Under the pieces are notes generated by a model. It worked only from the letters and a program-made list of their open reading frames with translations. It did no database searches and was not told the origin of the DNA. 64,000 nt of DNA from an uncultured bacterium (GTDB lineage Bacteria > Verrucomicrobiota > Verrucomicrobiia > Limisphaerales > UBA8199), in the NCBI GenBank assembly GCA_963749495.1, contig CAVVMW010000015.1, forward strand, positions 448,001 through 512,000, written 5' to 3'. Shown in pieces: positions 19,665-30,020 of the stretch (the stretch's first letter is position 1; each line of letters begins with the position of its first letter). Position numbers and translations under genes: made by a program.

Positions 19665-21025
19665 GAGCCTTTTGCAAAACGAAAGAGGAAGGAGACAAAG
19701 TTGATCCAGGGTTGGACGTTGGGAAGGCAGGTGTCTATTCATTGAACTGGCTTGGCGCCCCGCTTGGAACGAAAACGGCCCGCAAGCCGGCAGGCAGGGG
19801 TTCTCAGGCGATACGCCTCCCATCACGCCCCTGGTGGAGCGCGGGCCATTGGCATGGAAAGTGGGGATGTCAACACAAGCGAGCCCAGATGCCCAAGGTG
19901 GCGACCGCCAAGACTCCGAACATCAAATGGCACATGACCTTGGCGGCTCCTCGCACATGCACCGTCCGGGCCCCAAACTCCTCTTCGAGCCGGCCGTTAA
20001 CTCGCTCGCTGGCAGTGCGCTGCTTATAGCGTTGGCGCTCCGCCGGATCCAGCGGCACGAAGCCCTCCCGTTCCTTGGGATCAATAATTGGCACGTGTCC
20101 CAAGCCCCGACAAAAGTCCTTGATGAAGTGCGCGTCGTAGGCCGAGTCCATCAGTTCATAGAGCGCCTGAACCCGTTGGGCGCTCTGCTGCGCCAGGGGA
20201 ATAGCAACCTGACTATCATGCAGGCTGGCACTGGTCAGCACCGCACCGATGGGAATATCCCCGTCAATCACGTCCAGGTGCAGTTTGTAGCCTCGCCACC
20301 AGGTCTTGTAACCCTTGGCATCGGTCTTACACCCTATATCGCATCCCCGCGGCAGGTCGGCCAGGTTCTGCTCCAGCGAGCGGGCCATCTGGATCTCCAG
20401 CTTGGTACGAGGCGGGCGCACCTCACCTTTCTTGGGCCGGCCGGCCTTGCCAGGGGGCGGAGCAACCATCTCCGGCTTGGTCGCCTTGCGCTCCGGCACA
20501 CTAATGGCCGTGCTGTCCCGGCTGATGTGCCCCACCAGCTTGGGCCGACAGTGTATCTCCACCAACGCCGCGTGGATTTGCTGCGGCAATTCGTCGGCGG
20601 CAAACACGCTAAAGGCCCGCGAGAAAGTCGAGCGCTCCGGCAACTGGCCCAAGCTTTCCCAGCCGCAGAGCCGCCGCAGCGTGGGGCGAGCGTTCAAGGC
20701 ATCGATCAATGCTTCGGTCGTGGCAAATCCATAAACGGCTTTGGCGATAAAGGCGTGCAGCACCCAGACCCGCTCATGGGGAGGTCGCCCCTGCCCACAT
20801 CCCTCGTAACGAAGCAGAAAACGTCCCAAAGGCAGCAGCGAAATTACCTCGACAAATTGCTGGTCCTTGGCCCCCAAGGACCCGAGTTCCTCGGTCAAAA
20901 CCGGGAAAAGTTGGCGTTGGAGGTGTTGCCACAGGTCAGGCAGGTCAGGCATATGCGTGGTTTGATCCATCTGCCGACCAGATTATTCAAGAATCCTGCA
21001 ACTTTCCGACTTTTGCAAAAGGCTC
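19665..21025 (-). mobile_element. Insertion sequence (IS5/IS1182-like DDE)
   Basis: 15-bp IR GAGCCTTTTGCAAAA; 4-bp target duplication TGCT (19661-19664, 21026-21029). Confidence 0.92.
19870..20952 (-). CDS. DDE transposase (DUF772 + DDE_Tnp_1 type)
   Basis: LRRLCGW...STFSRAF, SRDSTAI, GYKLH, HDSQ, MDSAYD, YKQRTASERVNGRL. Confidence 0.92.
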   Translation of the reverse strand: MPDLPDLWQHLQRQLFPVLTEELGSLGAKDQQFVEVISLLPLGRFLLRYEGCGQGRPPHERVWVLHAFIAKAVYGFATTEALIDALNARPTLRRLCGWESLGQLPERSTFSRAFSVFAADELPQQIHAALVEIHCRPKLVGHISRDSTAISVPERKATKPEMVAPPPGKAGRPKKGEVRPPRTKLEIQMARSLEQNLADLPRGCDIGCKTDAKGYKTWWRGYKLHLDVIDGDIPIGAVLTSASLHDSQVAIPLAQQSAQRVQALYELMDSAYDAHFIKDFCRGLGHVPIIDPKEREGFVPLDPAERQRYKQRTASERVNGRLEEEFGARTVHVRGAAKVMCHLMFGVLAVATLGIWARLC

Positions 21026-21349
21026 TGCTGTATCGCCGATTTCCAATCGGCAGGGCGTCGGCATGTCGAGCGCCCCCGGTTTGCGGACGGCCTGCGGGTT
21101 TGGAAACCCGCGATACAGCAGGTTTGGAAACCTGCGCTACGCTGACGCCCCTGGCGCACAGGCGCGCCGAGCGACTTTGTCAATGGCCCTGACCTTGCCG
21201 GAGCGCGGACATTCCTTTCTGCTGGGAGCGGCGGGTCCTCAAAAGCGCCAGGGATGAAATGCAACGGATAAAAGGGACGTAAGGGACGCCCGGGCTCCGA
21301 CGCGTCTCCAGCGCTGGCAATCCCCCCTCGGGGCGGCTATAATGTCGGC

Positions 21350-21934
21350 GTGCATTTGGCGCCTGAACCAGGTGAATCCAAGCGGGCGTTGCGGCGCCAG
21401 GTCGGGGCGGTGCTGGGCGCCATGACCCCGTCACAGCGGAGCGCGGCTTCGGCCCAGGCGCAGGCGCTGCTGAGAGCCCGAGTTGAGTGGCGCTCGGCGC
21501 GGTCGGTCCTGCTGTATGCACCGCTGCCCCAGGAACTGGACCTCTGGCCGATGGCGGCGGAGGCCTTGGCTGGAGGAAAGCAGGTGTTCCTGCCCCGGTT
21601 CTCTCCGGCAACCGGGACCTACTCCCCGTGCCGGGTCGCAGACCTGGCCTTGGACCTCAAGCCCGGGCATTTCGGCATCCGCGAGCCGGCGGAACACTGT
21701 GCGCTCTTTTTATTAAACGGGCTGGACTTGATCCTGGTGCCTGGGATAGCATTCGACCTGCATGGCCGCCGCCTTGGCCGGGGCAAAGGGTATTATGACC
21801 AAATGCTGGCGGGCCTGCGCGGGGTGACGTGCGGCGTGGCGTTCGATGAGCAGATCGTGGGCAACGTGCCCGTCGCGCCGCATGATGTACTGGTGAATCG
21901 CATCTTGACGCCGACGCGCTGGGTTGGGCTGTAA
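21350..21934 (+). CDS. ygfA: 5-formyltetrahydrofolate cyclo-ligase
   Basis: FGIREP, DLILVPGIAFD, RLGRGKGYYD, PHD; TATAAT at 21338. Confidence 0.93.
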   Translation: MHLAPEPGESKRALRRQVGAVLGAMTPSQRSAASAQAQALLRARVEWRSARSVLLYAPLPQELDLWPMAAEALAGGKQVFLPRFSPATGTYSPCRVADLALDLKPGHFGIREPAEHCALFLLNGLDLILVPGIAFDLHGRRLGRGKGYYDQMLAGLRGVTCGVAFDEQIVGNVPVAPHDVLVNRILTPTRWVGL

Positions 21935-21951
21935 CAGCGCGCGGTCCTGGA

Positions 21952-23514
21952 ATGACGTCATTGGCCAATATCGTGCAAGACGGCGCCCTCGCGACCGGAG
22001 GGGCGGTGCTTTGCTACCTCCTGCTCTGGTGGAAAGACCGCAGTCTCGGGGAGGCCAGGCAACGAGAGGCCGAGGCCTTCATGGCCAAGGCCCGCAGCGA
22101 GGCGGAGGCCTTGGCCGGGGCCGCCCGTCTGGCGGGCAAACAGGAGGCCCTCAAGCTGCGCGAGCAGATCGAACAATCCTTCGCCAGCCTCCGCGCCGAG
22201 CGCATGGAACTGGAGCGCCGACTGGGCGAGCGCGAGGTCCTCATCAACTCCCAACTCGAACGTCTGGTCGAGACCGAAAAGGCCGTCAGCGGGCAGAAAG
22301 AGGCCCTGCGCGCGGGCGGCGAGGCCCTCGAACGCCAGGAGCGCGAGGTGGCCGAACTGGCCCGCCAGGCCCGCGAGCAACTCCAGAAGCTGGCGGGCTT
22401 GAGCCAGGCCGAGGCGCGCGAGGCCTTTCTCAGGAAAACCGAGCAGGAGGCCCTGCGGGATGCCAACACCCTGGCGCGCCATATCCTGGAGGAGGCCAAG
22501 GCCAAGGCCGAAGAGAAGGCACGCCGCATCATTAGCGTCGCCATCCAGCGCTACGCCGCCGAGCACACCTTCGAAAACACCACCGCCAGCATCGCCCTCC
22601 AGGGCGACGAGATCAAGGGACGCATCATCGGGCGCGAGGGCCGCAACATCCGGGCCTTCGAGGCCGCCACGGGCGTGACCGTGCTCATCGACGACACCCC
22701 CGGGGCGGTGCTGCTCTCCGGGTTCGACCCGGTCCGCCGCGAGATCGCCCGCGAGTCCATGCTGCGCCTCATCGCCGACGGCCGCATCCACCCGACCCGC
22801 ATCGAGGAAATCGTCGCCAAAGTGAGCCAGGAAATGGATGAAACCATCGTCCGGGTTGGCGAGGAGGCGGTGATGAAGGCGGGGCTGCCGCCCATGCACG
22901 TCGAGGTCGTCAAGCTGCTGGGCCGCCTCCATTTCCGCCACAGTTACTCGCAGAATATCCTGGCCCATTCCGTCGAGGTCGCCCACCTGGCCGGCCTTAT
23001 GGCCGCCGAGTTGGGCCTGGACGTCGCCATGGCCAAACGCGCCGGGCTGTTGCACGACATCGGCAAGGCCGTCAACCACGAGGTCGAGGGGCCCCACGCC
23101 CTGACCGGCGCCGAACTGCTCAAACGCTACGGCGAGTCCGATGGCGTCGTCAACGGCGTCGCCTCCCACCACAACGACGTGGCCCCCTCGGGTCCGCTCG
23201 GCATCCTTGTCAGCGCCGCTGACGCCATCAGCGCCTCCCGCCCGGGCGCCCGTTCGGAGAACATGACCACCTATCTCAAGCGCGTCGATGACCTCGAACG
23301 GATTGCCGCCTCGTTGCCGGGCGTCGAAAAGGCCTTCGCCGTCCAGGCCGGGCGCGAACTGCGGGTCTTTGTCCAGCCCGACCAGATCGACGACGAGGCC
23401 GCTTTTGCCCTGGCGCGCAGCGTGGCCTCGAGGATCGAAAACGAATTGCAGTACCCCGGGCAAATCAAGGTGACAGTCATCCGCGAGACCCGGTGTGTGG
23501 AAGTGGCCAAGTGA
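21952..23514 (+). CDS. rny: Ribonuclease Y
   Basis: N-terminal TM, coiled coil, KH (KGRIIGREGRNIR), HD (GLLHDIGK), SASRPGAR. Confidence 0.98.
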   Translation: MTSLANIVQDGALATGGAVLCYLLLWWKDRSLGEARQREAEAFMAKARSEAEALAGAARLAGKQEALKLREQIEQSFASLRAERMELERRLGEREVLINSQLERLVETEKAVSGQKEALRAGGEALERQEREVAELARQAREQLQKLAGLSQAEAREAFLRKTEQEALRDANTLARHILEEAKAKAEEKARRIISVAIQRYAAEHTFENTTASIALQGDEIKGRIIGREGRNIRAFEAATGVTVLIDDTPGAVLLSGFDPVRREIARESMLRLIADGRIHPTRIEEIVAKVSQEMDETIVRVGEEAVMKAGLPPMHVEVVKLLGRLHFRHSYSQNILAHSVEVAHLAGLMAAELGLDVAMAKRAGLLHDIGKAVNHEVEGPHALTGAELLKRYGESDGVVNGVASHHNDVAPSGPLGILVSAADAISASRPGARSENMTTYLKRVDDLERIAASLPGVEKAFAVQAGRELRVFVQPDQIDDEAAFALARSVASRIENELQYPGQIKVTVIRETRCVEVAK

Positions 23515-23565
23515 GAGGCCCCCGCGCGGTGATCGGTCAGTGCAGGCGGAGACGGAGTGGCGGCC

Positions 23566-23715
23566 AGACCCCTCACCCCGGCCCTCTCCCCTCCGAGGGG
23601 AGAGGGAGAGGCATCGGCGGTCTCGGGAGCTTCCAGGCGGCTGCGCTTCCTCAAAGCGCCACCGAGAACTCTCCCTCTCCCCTTCCGAAGGGGAGAGGGC
23701 CGGGGTGAGGGGTCT
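23566..23715. repeat. Palindromic intergenic repeat between convergent genes
   Basis: AGACCCCTCACCCCGGCCCTCTCCC ... GGGAGAGGGCCGGGGTGAGGGGTCT with internal hairpins. Confidence 0.85.
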
Positions 23716-23727
23716 GCCCCGGTGCGC

Positions 23728-23901
23728 CTACCTTCCTTCGCGCATCGAGCTGGGCATCCCGTTTTCCCAGCTCTGAGGGGAGTTCCAGGGCCGCTCGGAG
23801 CGGTTTTCCGAATCGGTGGTAGCGCATCCGGCCAGGGCCAGGACACTCAGGCAGAGCAGCAGGAAAAAGAGCGCGCGGGGTTGGGCTGAGAGGGCTTTCA
23901 T
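23728..23901 (-). CDS. Small lipoprotein
   Basis: Lipobox LAGC; ATG overlaps upstream stop (ATGA). Confidence 0.7.
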   Translation of the reverse strand: MKALSAQPRALFFLLLCLSVLALAGCATTDSENRSERPWNSPQSWENGMPSSMREGR

Positions 23902-24671
23902 TGCTCGGGATAGGCAGGGATGGCCAGGTCGCCCTCCATCACTTCTCCGATTTCCCAACCGGGCATGATGTTGGCGACGCTGCGATTCTTCTCGAGGCTG
24001 CGGATGATGACCTTGGCGACGAGTTTGCCGTTCCGGTTGACCAGCATCTCCCCGAATTCCTTGGCGCGCTGGTCTTCGCCGATGTTGAGGACGACGAAAT
24101 TGTACTTGGGATCGACCACCATCACCTTGCCCGTGAGGTTGGCCGGCAGGGTCACGTGCCGCTCCGGGTGGAGGAAGCGCTCGAGTTGGCTGGTGACCGT
24201 GTCGAGCTTCTGGGCCAGGAACTTGTTCTCCGCCTGGGCGCCGGCGAGGGTCTTTTGGGCGCCCTTCAAGTTCTCGTTGAGGGTGTTGACCTCCTTGGGG
24301 GTGAGTCCGATGGCTTCGAATTGGGCCAGCTTTTCGCGGGCAGCGTTGCGATCCGCGGTGGTCGTATCCAGGTCCTTCTGGAGCCTCTCGGCCAGCTTGG
24401 TCTGCTCGTCGGCCTTCTTGACCGCCTCGTCGCGCTCGGTGCTCGCCTGCTCCAGGTTCGCCTTGGTCTGGGCCAACTCAGTCTGGGTCTTCTTGAGGTC
24501 CGCGGCGGTCCTCCGGTAGAGCCCCTCGAATTTCGTGTGCGCCTTGGTCTCGGTATCGAGATTGGTTTGGAGAGTGGTGACCTTCTCCTTCAAACCTCCA
24601 GGAATCCAGGCAACGATGCCGATGGCCAGCCCCGCAATGATGGCCACGATTAAGCTGATTCGAATCAACAT
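23898..24671 (-). CDS. Membrane-anchored coiled-coil protein
   Basis: N-terminal TM, long heptad region, C-terminal beta domain (VDPKYNFVVLNIG). Confidence 0.8.
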   Translation of the reverse strand: MLIRISLIVAIIAGLAIGIVAWIPGGLKEKVTTLQTNLDTETKAHTKFEGLYRRTAADLKKTQTELAQTKANLEQASTERDEAVKKADEQTKLAERLQKDLDTTTADRNAAREKLAQFEAIGLTPKEVNTLNENLKGAQKTLAGAQAENKFLAQKLDTVTSQLERFLHPERHVTLPANLTGKVMVVDPKYNFVVLNIGEDQRAKEFGEMLVNRNGKLVAKVIIRSLEKNRSVANIMPGWEIGEVMEGDLAIPAYPEQ

Positions 24672-24761
24672 GGTCTCGAAACGTGTTTCAACACTGTCGG
24701 GGATTCAAACTACTCACTGCCGCAACCGGTGTCAACGCTATTAGGGGACAAAAACGAGAGC

Positions 24762-25397
24762 TTATTTCTTCTTGTCGGCCTTCTTGTCGGTCTGCTTTTC
24801 CGGGGCTTTGACGGTCGGAGCCGGTGCAGCGGCGTTGAGTTGGTCCAGGATGGCCTGAGTGATGTCGTTTTCGGCGGTGTGATAGAGGACGATGGGGACG
24901 AGGCTGTTGGCGCTGACGCCGGCGACGTCCAGGACCAGGGAGTAGCCAGCGGCCTTGGCCTTGGCCTCCAGCACGGCGCGGATCTCCTCGATAACCTTGT
25001 CATGGACGCGTTGCTTTTGGTCCGCGTAGCGGGTTTGGGCTGAGCGCTCATATTCGGTGAGAGCGTCTTCGGATCGCTTGAGCAACTTGAGTTTGTCCTC
25101 GGCCAGTTTCTTGCGGCGCTCCCGTTCCTCGCTGGAGAATTTCTGGTCGTTGGCGCTGCCCAGGGCGTCCTGGTATTCGTCCTTGAGCTTCTTCCATTCA
25201 TTGACCATCGAGGTGTGCTCTTTCTCCAGGTCGGCCGCTTGGCCATCCAGGGCCGCTTTGGCCTCTATCGTCTTGTAATAACCATCAAAGAGCGCCTTCA
25301 TGTCCACGGTGGCGATGCGGCCCTGGGCCCAGGCCGAGGCGCTCAGAAGCACCGCCAACAACAAACCCGTTGCCACTTTGCTCAAGAGAGTTCTCAT
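24762..25397 (-). CDS. skp: OmpH/Skp periplasmic chaperone
   Basis: Signal peptide, IATVDM, GYSLVLD, DITQAIL. Confidence 0.9.
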   Translation of the reverse strand: MRTLLSKVATGLLLAVLLSASAWAQGRIATVDMKALFDGYYKTIEAKAALDGQAADLEKEHTSMVNEWKKLKDEYQDALGSANDQKFSSEERERRKKLAEDKLKLLKRSEDALTEYERSAQTRYADQKQRVHDKVIEEIRAVLEAKAKAAGYSLVLDVAGVSANSLVPIVLYHTAENDITQAILDQLNAAAPAPTVKAPEKQTDKKADKKK

Positions 25398-25516
25398 GGC
25401 CCTAGGAAAACAGAATCCGGCGCCCGCGCCAACTCAAAATTCACAATTCACGCCAGTCTTCGGATTGAACGCAATTCCTGGTTTTCATGTCCATCGCACA
25501 GTAATATTGCTGAATC

Positions 25517-26506
25517 ATGAATACGGGATTGAGCGGCCTTAACCAGGCGGTCCAGGAGGCTGGGGCGTTTGTGCGCCCGCTCTTCAATGAATTGGGCAAG
25601 GTCATTGTCGGCCAGACCTACCTGGTCGAGCGGTTGGTCATCGGTTTGCTGGCCAACGGCCACGTGCTGCTGGAGGGCGTGCCGGGCCTGGCCAAGACGC
25701 TCTCGGTCAAATCGCTGGCCAACTGCCTCAACGTGAAATTCGCCCGGCTGCAATTCACGCCCGACATGCTCCCGGCCGACGTGGTGGGGACGCAAATCTA
25801 CAACCCGCAGTCCGGGGCATTCACGACGCGCCGCGGCCCGATCTTCGCCAACCTGGTGCTGGCGGACGAAATCAACCGCGCCCCGGCCAAGGTGCAAAGC
25901 GCCCTGCTGGAGGCCATGCAGGAGAAACAGGTCACCATCGGCGAGCACACCTTCGTGCTGGAGGAGCCGTTCCTGGTGCTGGCCACTCAGAACCCCATCG
26001 AGCAGGAGGGCACCTACCCGCTGCCCGAGGCGCAGGTCGATCGCTTCATGCTCAAGCTCAAGATCGGTTACCCCTCCCGCGCCGAGGAGCGGCAGATCCT
26101 GGACCTGATGGCCCGCACCACCGGCACTCCCACCACCGGCCCCGTGGTCGAGCCCAAGCAGATCCTCAACGCCCGCCAGGTCATCAACGACATTTACGTG
26201 GACGACAAGGTCAAGGAATACATCGTGGACCTGGTCTGCGCAACGCGCGACCCCGAGGCGTACAAGATCCAGGTCAAGGACTTCATCCAACTGGGCGCCT
26301 CGCCCCGCGCCACCATCGCCCTGACCCTGTCGGCCAAGGCCTATGCCTTCCTGCGCGGCCGCGGCTATGTCACCCCCCAGGACGTCAAAAGCATCGGCAT
26401 GGACGTCCTCCGCCACCGCGTCGCCATCACCTACGAGGCCGAGGCCGAAGAGAAAACCAGCGAGACGATCATCCAAAAGATCTTCGACGAATTACCCGTG
26501 CCCTGA
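25517..26506 (+). CDS. moxR: MoxR-family AAA+ ATPase
   Basis: GVPGLAKT, QFTPD, ADEINRAPAKVQSALLEAMQE, ATQNPIEQEGTYPLPEAQ. Confidence 0.97.
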   Translation: MNTGLSGLNQAVQEAGAFVRPLFNELGKVIVGQTYLVERLVIGLLANGHVLLEGVPGLAKTLSVKSLANCLNVKFARLQFTPDMLPADVVGTQIYNPQSGAFTTRRGPIFANLVLADEINRAPAKVQSALLEAMQEKQVTIGEHTFVLEEPFLVLATQNPIEQEGTYPLPEAQVDRFMLKLKIGYPSRAEERQILDLMARTTGTPTTGPVVEPKQILNARQVINDIYVDDKVKEYIVDLVCATRDPEAYKIQVKDFIQLGASPRATIALTLSAKAYAFLRGRGYVTPQDVKSIGMDVLRHRVAITYEAEAEEKTSETIIQKIFDELPVP

Positions 26507-26598
26507 GCGCGTCGGCGGGGCGCGTGTTGGAGACCCTCTATGACTTGGAGTACAGGCATTGCGAGCATGGACCGGACGGGCGCCGCCCGGCGCGATGC

Positions 26599-26790
26599 GT
26601 TTTGGACTGCGCCAGTCTTCTGGCGCTTTCGCGTCCCCAGGGTCCGAAAAGCGCCAGAGGACTGGCGCAGTCCAAAACCTTGCGGGTTGCGCGGCGGTTC
26701 ATGGAGGAGTCAGACAAAGTGAAGTTCCATTCGTCATTCGTCATTCGTCATTGGCCATTCCGCACTCCGCGCTTTGCACTGCGCACTCCC
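26599..26790. repeat. REP family A copy 2 plus TTCGTCA/CCGCACT heptamers
   Basis: GTTTTGGACTGCGCCAGTC...GACTGGCGCAGTCCAAAAC, then heptamer arrays ending at the DUF58 ATG. Confidence 0.85.
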
Positions 26791-27747
26791 ATGATCCCTC
26801 GTGAGATCCTCAAGAAGATCCGCCAGATCGAGATCCGCACCAACCGGCTGGTGAGCGAGACCTTGGCCGGCCAATACCATAGCGTCTTCAAGGGGCAGGG
26901 CATGAATTTCGACGAGGTCCGGGAGTATCAACCCGGGGACGAGGTCCGGACGATCGATTGGAACGTCACCGCCCGGATGAGCCATCCCTTCGTCAAGAAG
27001 TTCGTCGAGGAGCGCGAGTTGACGCTGATGCTGTTGGTGGACGTGAGCGGGTCGGGGCTGTTCGGCTCGCGCGAGCAGTCCAAGCGCGAACTGGCCGCCG
27101 AGATAGCCTCGGTGCTGGCCTTCTCCGCCATCCGCAACAACGACAAGGTCGGCCTGCTCCTGTTCAGCGATGGCGTCGAGAAGTTCATTCCTCCGCGCAA
27201 GGGGCGCCGGCACGTCCTGCGGGTGATCCGGGAAGTCCTCTTCTTCACGCCCAGACGCCGGGGGACCGACCTGAACGCGGCGCTGGAGTTCCTGATGCGG
27301 GTGACGCCGCACCGGGCCATCGCGGTCATCATCTCGGATTTCATCGGGTCGCCGGCGGTCGCCTCCCGCTCGAGCCCCGGCCGACTGCGGCCGCAAATGA
27401 TGCTCCTGGAGTCGCTGGCCCAGGCCTCGGTGAGCCTGCTGCGGCAGGCCAACCGCCGCCACGACGTGGTGGCGGTGCAGATCGCCGACCGCTACGAGCT
27501 GGAGCTGCCCGCCCTGGGCCGGTTGGTGCTCGATGACGCCGAGACCGGGGAGGTCGTCGAGGTGAACACCGGCGACCCGTCCAAGCGAGCCGCCTTCGCA
27601 CAGCGCCAGGCCCGCGCCCGGGCGGACCTGGTCCGGCTCTTCCGCTCCATGGGCATAGATGCCATCCAGTTGGAGACCGATCGCCCCTACGGCGTCGAGT
27701 TGGCCCGGTTCTTCGAGACGCGCGAAAAACGGAGGTTGCGCGGATGA
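26791..27747 (+). CDS. DUF58 (VWA-like) protein
   Basis: GMNFDEVREYQPGDEVRTIDWNVTAR, DVSGSG, ISDF. Confidence 0.95.
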   Translation: MIPREILKKIRQIEIRTNRLVSETLAGQYHSVFKGQGMNFDEVREYQPGDEVRTIDWNVTARMSHPFVKKFVEERELTLMLLVDVSGSGLFGSREQSKRELAAEIASVLAFSAIRNNDKVGLLLFSDGVEKFIPPRKGRRHVLRVIREVLFFTPRRRGTDLNAALEFLMRVTPHRAIAVIISDFIGSPAVASRSSPGRLRPQMMLLESLAQASVSLLRQANRRHDVVAVQIADRYELELPALGRLVLDDAETGEVVEVNTGDPSKRAAFAQRQARARADLVRLFRSMGIDAIQLETDRPYGVELARFFETREKRRLRG

Positions 27748-28724
27748 AGAGTCCACAGTCCACAGTCCACAGTCCATCCACCCTCCGTAGCAGAGCTACT
27801 GCGGAGGACGGGCAGTCCACAGTCCGGAGATCAGATTTCAGGTCCCGCATTTCAAATTTCAAGGCCCGCAGTCCACAGTCACGGCTGGCGGCGGCTGCGG
27901 CGGCGCTGGGACCGGGGACAAATGAGTTGCGGGACATCAAACCGCCGGTCGAAATCCCCAGCGGCTGGGCGTGGGTCTGGTGGGCGTTGGCGGCGCTGGC
28001 CATCGCCGCGCTGCTATTCTGGGCCTGGCGCCGCTGGCAACGGCGGCGCGCGCAGGTCCCGCCCGTGCCGGTCATCCCGCCCCATGTCCGGGCCAAACTG
28101 AAACTCCTGGAGGCCCTGGCACTCATCGAGCGGCCCCTCGAGTTTTGCACCCTGGTTTCCGACACCATCAGGCTTTATCTGGAAGAACGCTTCGATTTCC
28201 ACGCGCCCGAGCGCACTACGGAGGAGTTCCTCTACGAACTGCAAGGGACGCGCCTGTTGACCGATGCGCAGAAGCAGAGCCTGGGGCAATTTCTCCAGCG
28301 CTGCGACCTGGTCAAGTTCGCCCGCTACGAGCCGGGCCAGCCCGAGTTGCGAGACCTGCACGCCGCCGCACTGCAGTTGGTCGAGGAGACCGAGCCCGTG
28401 GTCCAGCAACCCGGCCCCGGCGCAGGCGCAGACCCCATGGCGGGGGCTCCGCCGAAACGCCCTGAGGACCTCGGAAGCTCCATCGAAATACAGAGGCGCG
28501 AACAGCCCGGGCCGGTAGAGCCGGAGATCCGCAATGCGAAACAATCCTCATGCCGACCCGCCTGCGCCACGCGAGATGAACGTGCCAGGGACAAAAGCGA
28601 CCAAAGGGACAAAAGGGACGCAATGGCGTCGAGGCCCCGACAGCCCTGGAAATGCCTTCTTCGTCATTCGTCATTCGTCATTCGTCATTCCGCACTCTGC
28701 ACTCCGCACTCTGCACTTAGATGA
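27744..28724 (+). CDS. DUF4381/Bat-associated membrane protein; both termini made of repeat-derived sequence
   Basis: LRDIKPPVEIP-TM-...RLYLEERF...TTEEFL...CDLVKFA; true termini uncertain. Confidence 0.8.
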   Translation: MKSPQSTVHSPSTLRSRATAEDGQSTVRRSDFRSRISNFKARSPQSRLAAAAAALGPGTNELRDIKPPVEIPSGWAWVWWALAALAIAALLFWAWRRWQRRRAQVPPVPVIPPHVRAKLKLLEALALIERPLEFCTLVSDTIRLYLEERFDFHAPERTTEEFLYELQGTRLLTDAQKQSLGQFLQRCDLVKFARYEPGQPELRDLHAAALQLVEETEPVVQQPGPGAGADPMAGAPPKRPEDLGSSIEIQRREQPGPVEPEIRNAKQSSCRPACATRDERARDKSDQRDKRDAMASRPRQPWKCLLRHSSFVIRHSALCTPHSALR

Positions 28725-29722
28725 CCTTCGCCCACCCATGGTTTCTGCTGCTGCTGCCGGTCCTGCCGGTGCTGGCGTGGCTCAAAGGCAAGCGGGGGCG
28801 CCCGCCGGCGTTCGTCTATTCCTCCGTGCAACTGGCGCGCGGGATTCTCAACGTGACCCAGAGCCGCTCCGGAGGTTTTCTGGCCGCCCTGCGGTGGCTC
28901 GTCCTGGCGCTGCTCATCATGGCCCTGGCCCAGCCGCGCCTGACCCGGAGCGAGACCCAAGTCAAGGCCAGCGGCGTGGACATCGTGGTCGCCCTGGACA
29001 TGTCCGCCAGCATGGCCTCCGAGGATTTCGAGGTCGGGCGCAACCGGCTGAGCCGGCTGGCAATGGCAAAAGAGGTTTTGAAGCAGTTCATCGGCAAACG
29101 GCCCAGCGACCGCATTGGCCTCGTGGTGTTTGCGACCCAGGCCTACATCGCCTCGCCCCTGACCCTGGACCATGATTTCCTGCTCGAGAACATCGAGCGC
29201 CTCGAATTGGGCGCCATCGACGACTCCTCGACCGCCATCGGCTCCGCCCTGAGCACCGCTATCAATCGCCTGCGCGAACTCAAGTCCAAGACCAAGCTTG
29301 TCATCCTCATGACCGACGGCCAGAATAACGCCGGCAAGATAGCCCCGCTCACCGCCGCCGAGGCCGCCAAAGCCCTCAAGGTCAAGGCCTATACCATCGG
29401 CGTCGGCATGCGCGGCATGGCCCCCATGCCCAAATTCGATCAATTCCACCGCAAACTCGGTTATCGGATGGAGCCGGTGGACATCGATGAAGACACCCTG
29501 CAACACATCGCCCACATGACCGGCGGAAAATACTACCGCGCCGACAACTCGCAAAGGTTCCAGGCCATTTACACCGAGATCGACCAGTTGGAAAAGACCG
29601 AGGCGGACATCAAGAAGTACGCGCATCACGACGAACTGTTTGCCTGGATGATCGCGCCCGGGTTGGGTCTGCTCTTGCTGGAGACCCTCCTGCGCCACAC
29701 CCTCTTCCGGAGGCTGCCGTGA
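28721..29722 (+). CDS. batA: BatA-like VWA protein
   Basis: MTFAHPWFL, ALAQPR, MIDAS DMSAS, TAIG, MTDGQNNAG. Confidence 0.93.
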   Translation: MTFAHPWFLLLLPVLPVLAWLKGKRGRPPAFVYSSVQLARGILNVTQSRSGGFLAALRWLVLALLIMALAQPRLTRSETQVKASGVDIVVALDMSASMASEDFEVGRNRLSRLAMAKEVLKQFIGKRPSDRIGLVVFATQAYIASPLTLDHDFLLENIERLELGAIDDSSTAIGSALSTAINRLRELKSKTKLVILMTDGQNNAGKIAPLTAAEAAKALKVKAYTIGVGMRGMAPMPKFDQFHRKLGYRMEPVDIDEDTLQHIAHMTGGKYYRADNSQRFQAIYTEIDQLEKTEADIKKYAHHDELFAWMIAPGLGLLLLETLLRHTLFRRLP

Positions 29723-29728
29723 GGATTA

Positions 29729-30018
29729 GTCCACAGTCCAGAGTCCACAGCCCGGACCAGTCCACAGTCCAGAGTCCACAGTCCACAGTCCAAAGTCCCG
29801 AAGTCAGATTTCAGATCCGAGGTTGCAAATTCCAGATTCAAGAGAACGCACCCTGCATCGCTCATTCGTCATTCGTCATTCGTCATTCGTCATTCCGCAC
29901 TCCGCACTCCGCATTCCGCACTCGATTCATTCGTCATTCGTCATTCCGCACTCCGCACTCCGCATTCCGCACTCGATTCATTCGTCATTCCGCACTCCGA
30001 ACTCCCCACTCCGCACTG
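29729..30018. repeat. Heptamer arrays (GTCCACA, TTCGTCA, CCGCACT) between batA and batB
   Basis: Direct reading; includes a duplicated ~49-bp higher-order unit. Confidence 0.9.
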
Positions 30019-30020
30019 AG

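Larger units (their letters stand above)
19641..21140. repeat. GTAG-type REP palindrome split by an IS
   Basis: GTAGCGCAGGTTTCCAAACCTGCT|IS|GTATCGC ... GCGATACAGCAGGTTTGGAAACCTGCGCTAC. Confidence 0.85.

Noticed and set aside
21145..21349. 6S RNA expected upstream of ygfA
   Set aside because: No long hairpin with a central bubble; a TATAAT lies just before the ygfA start.
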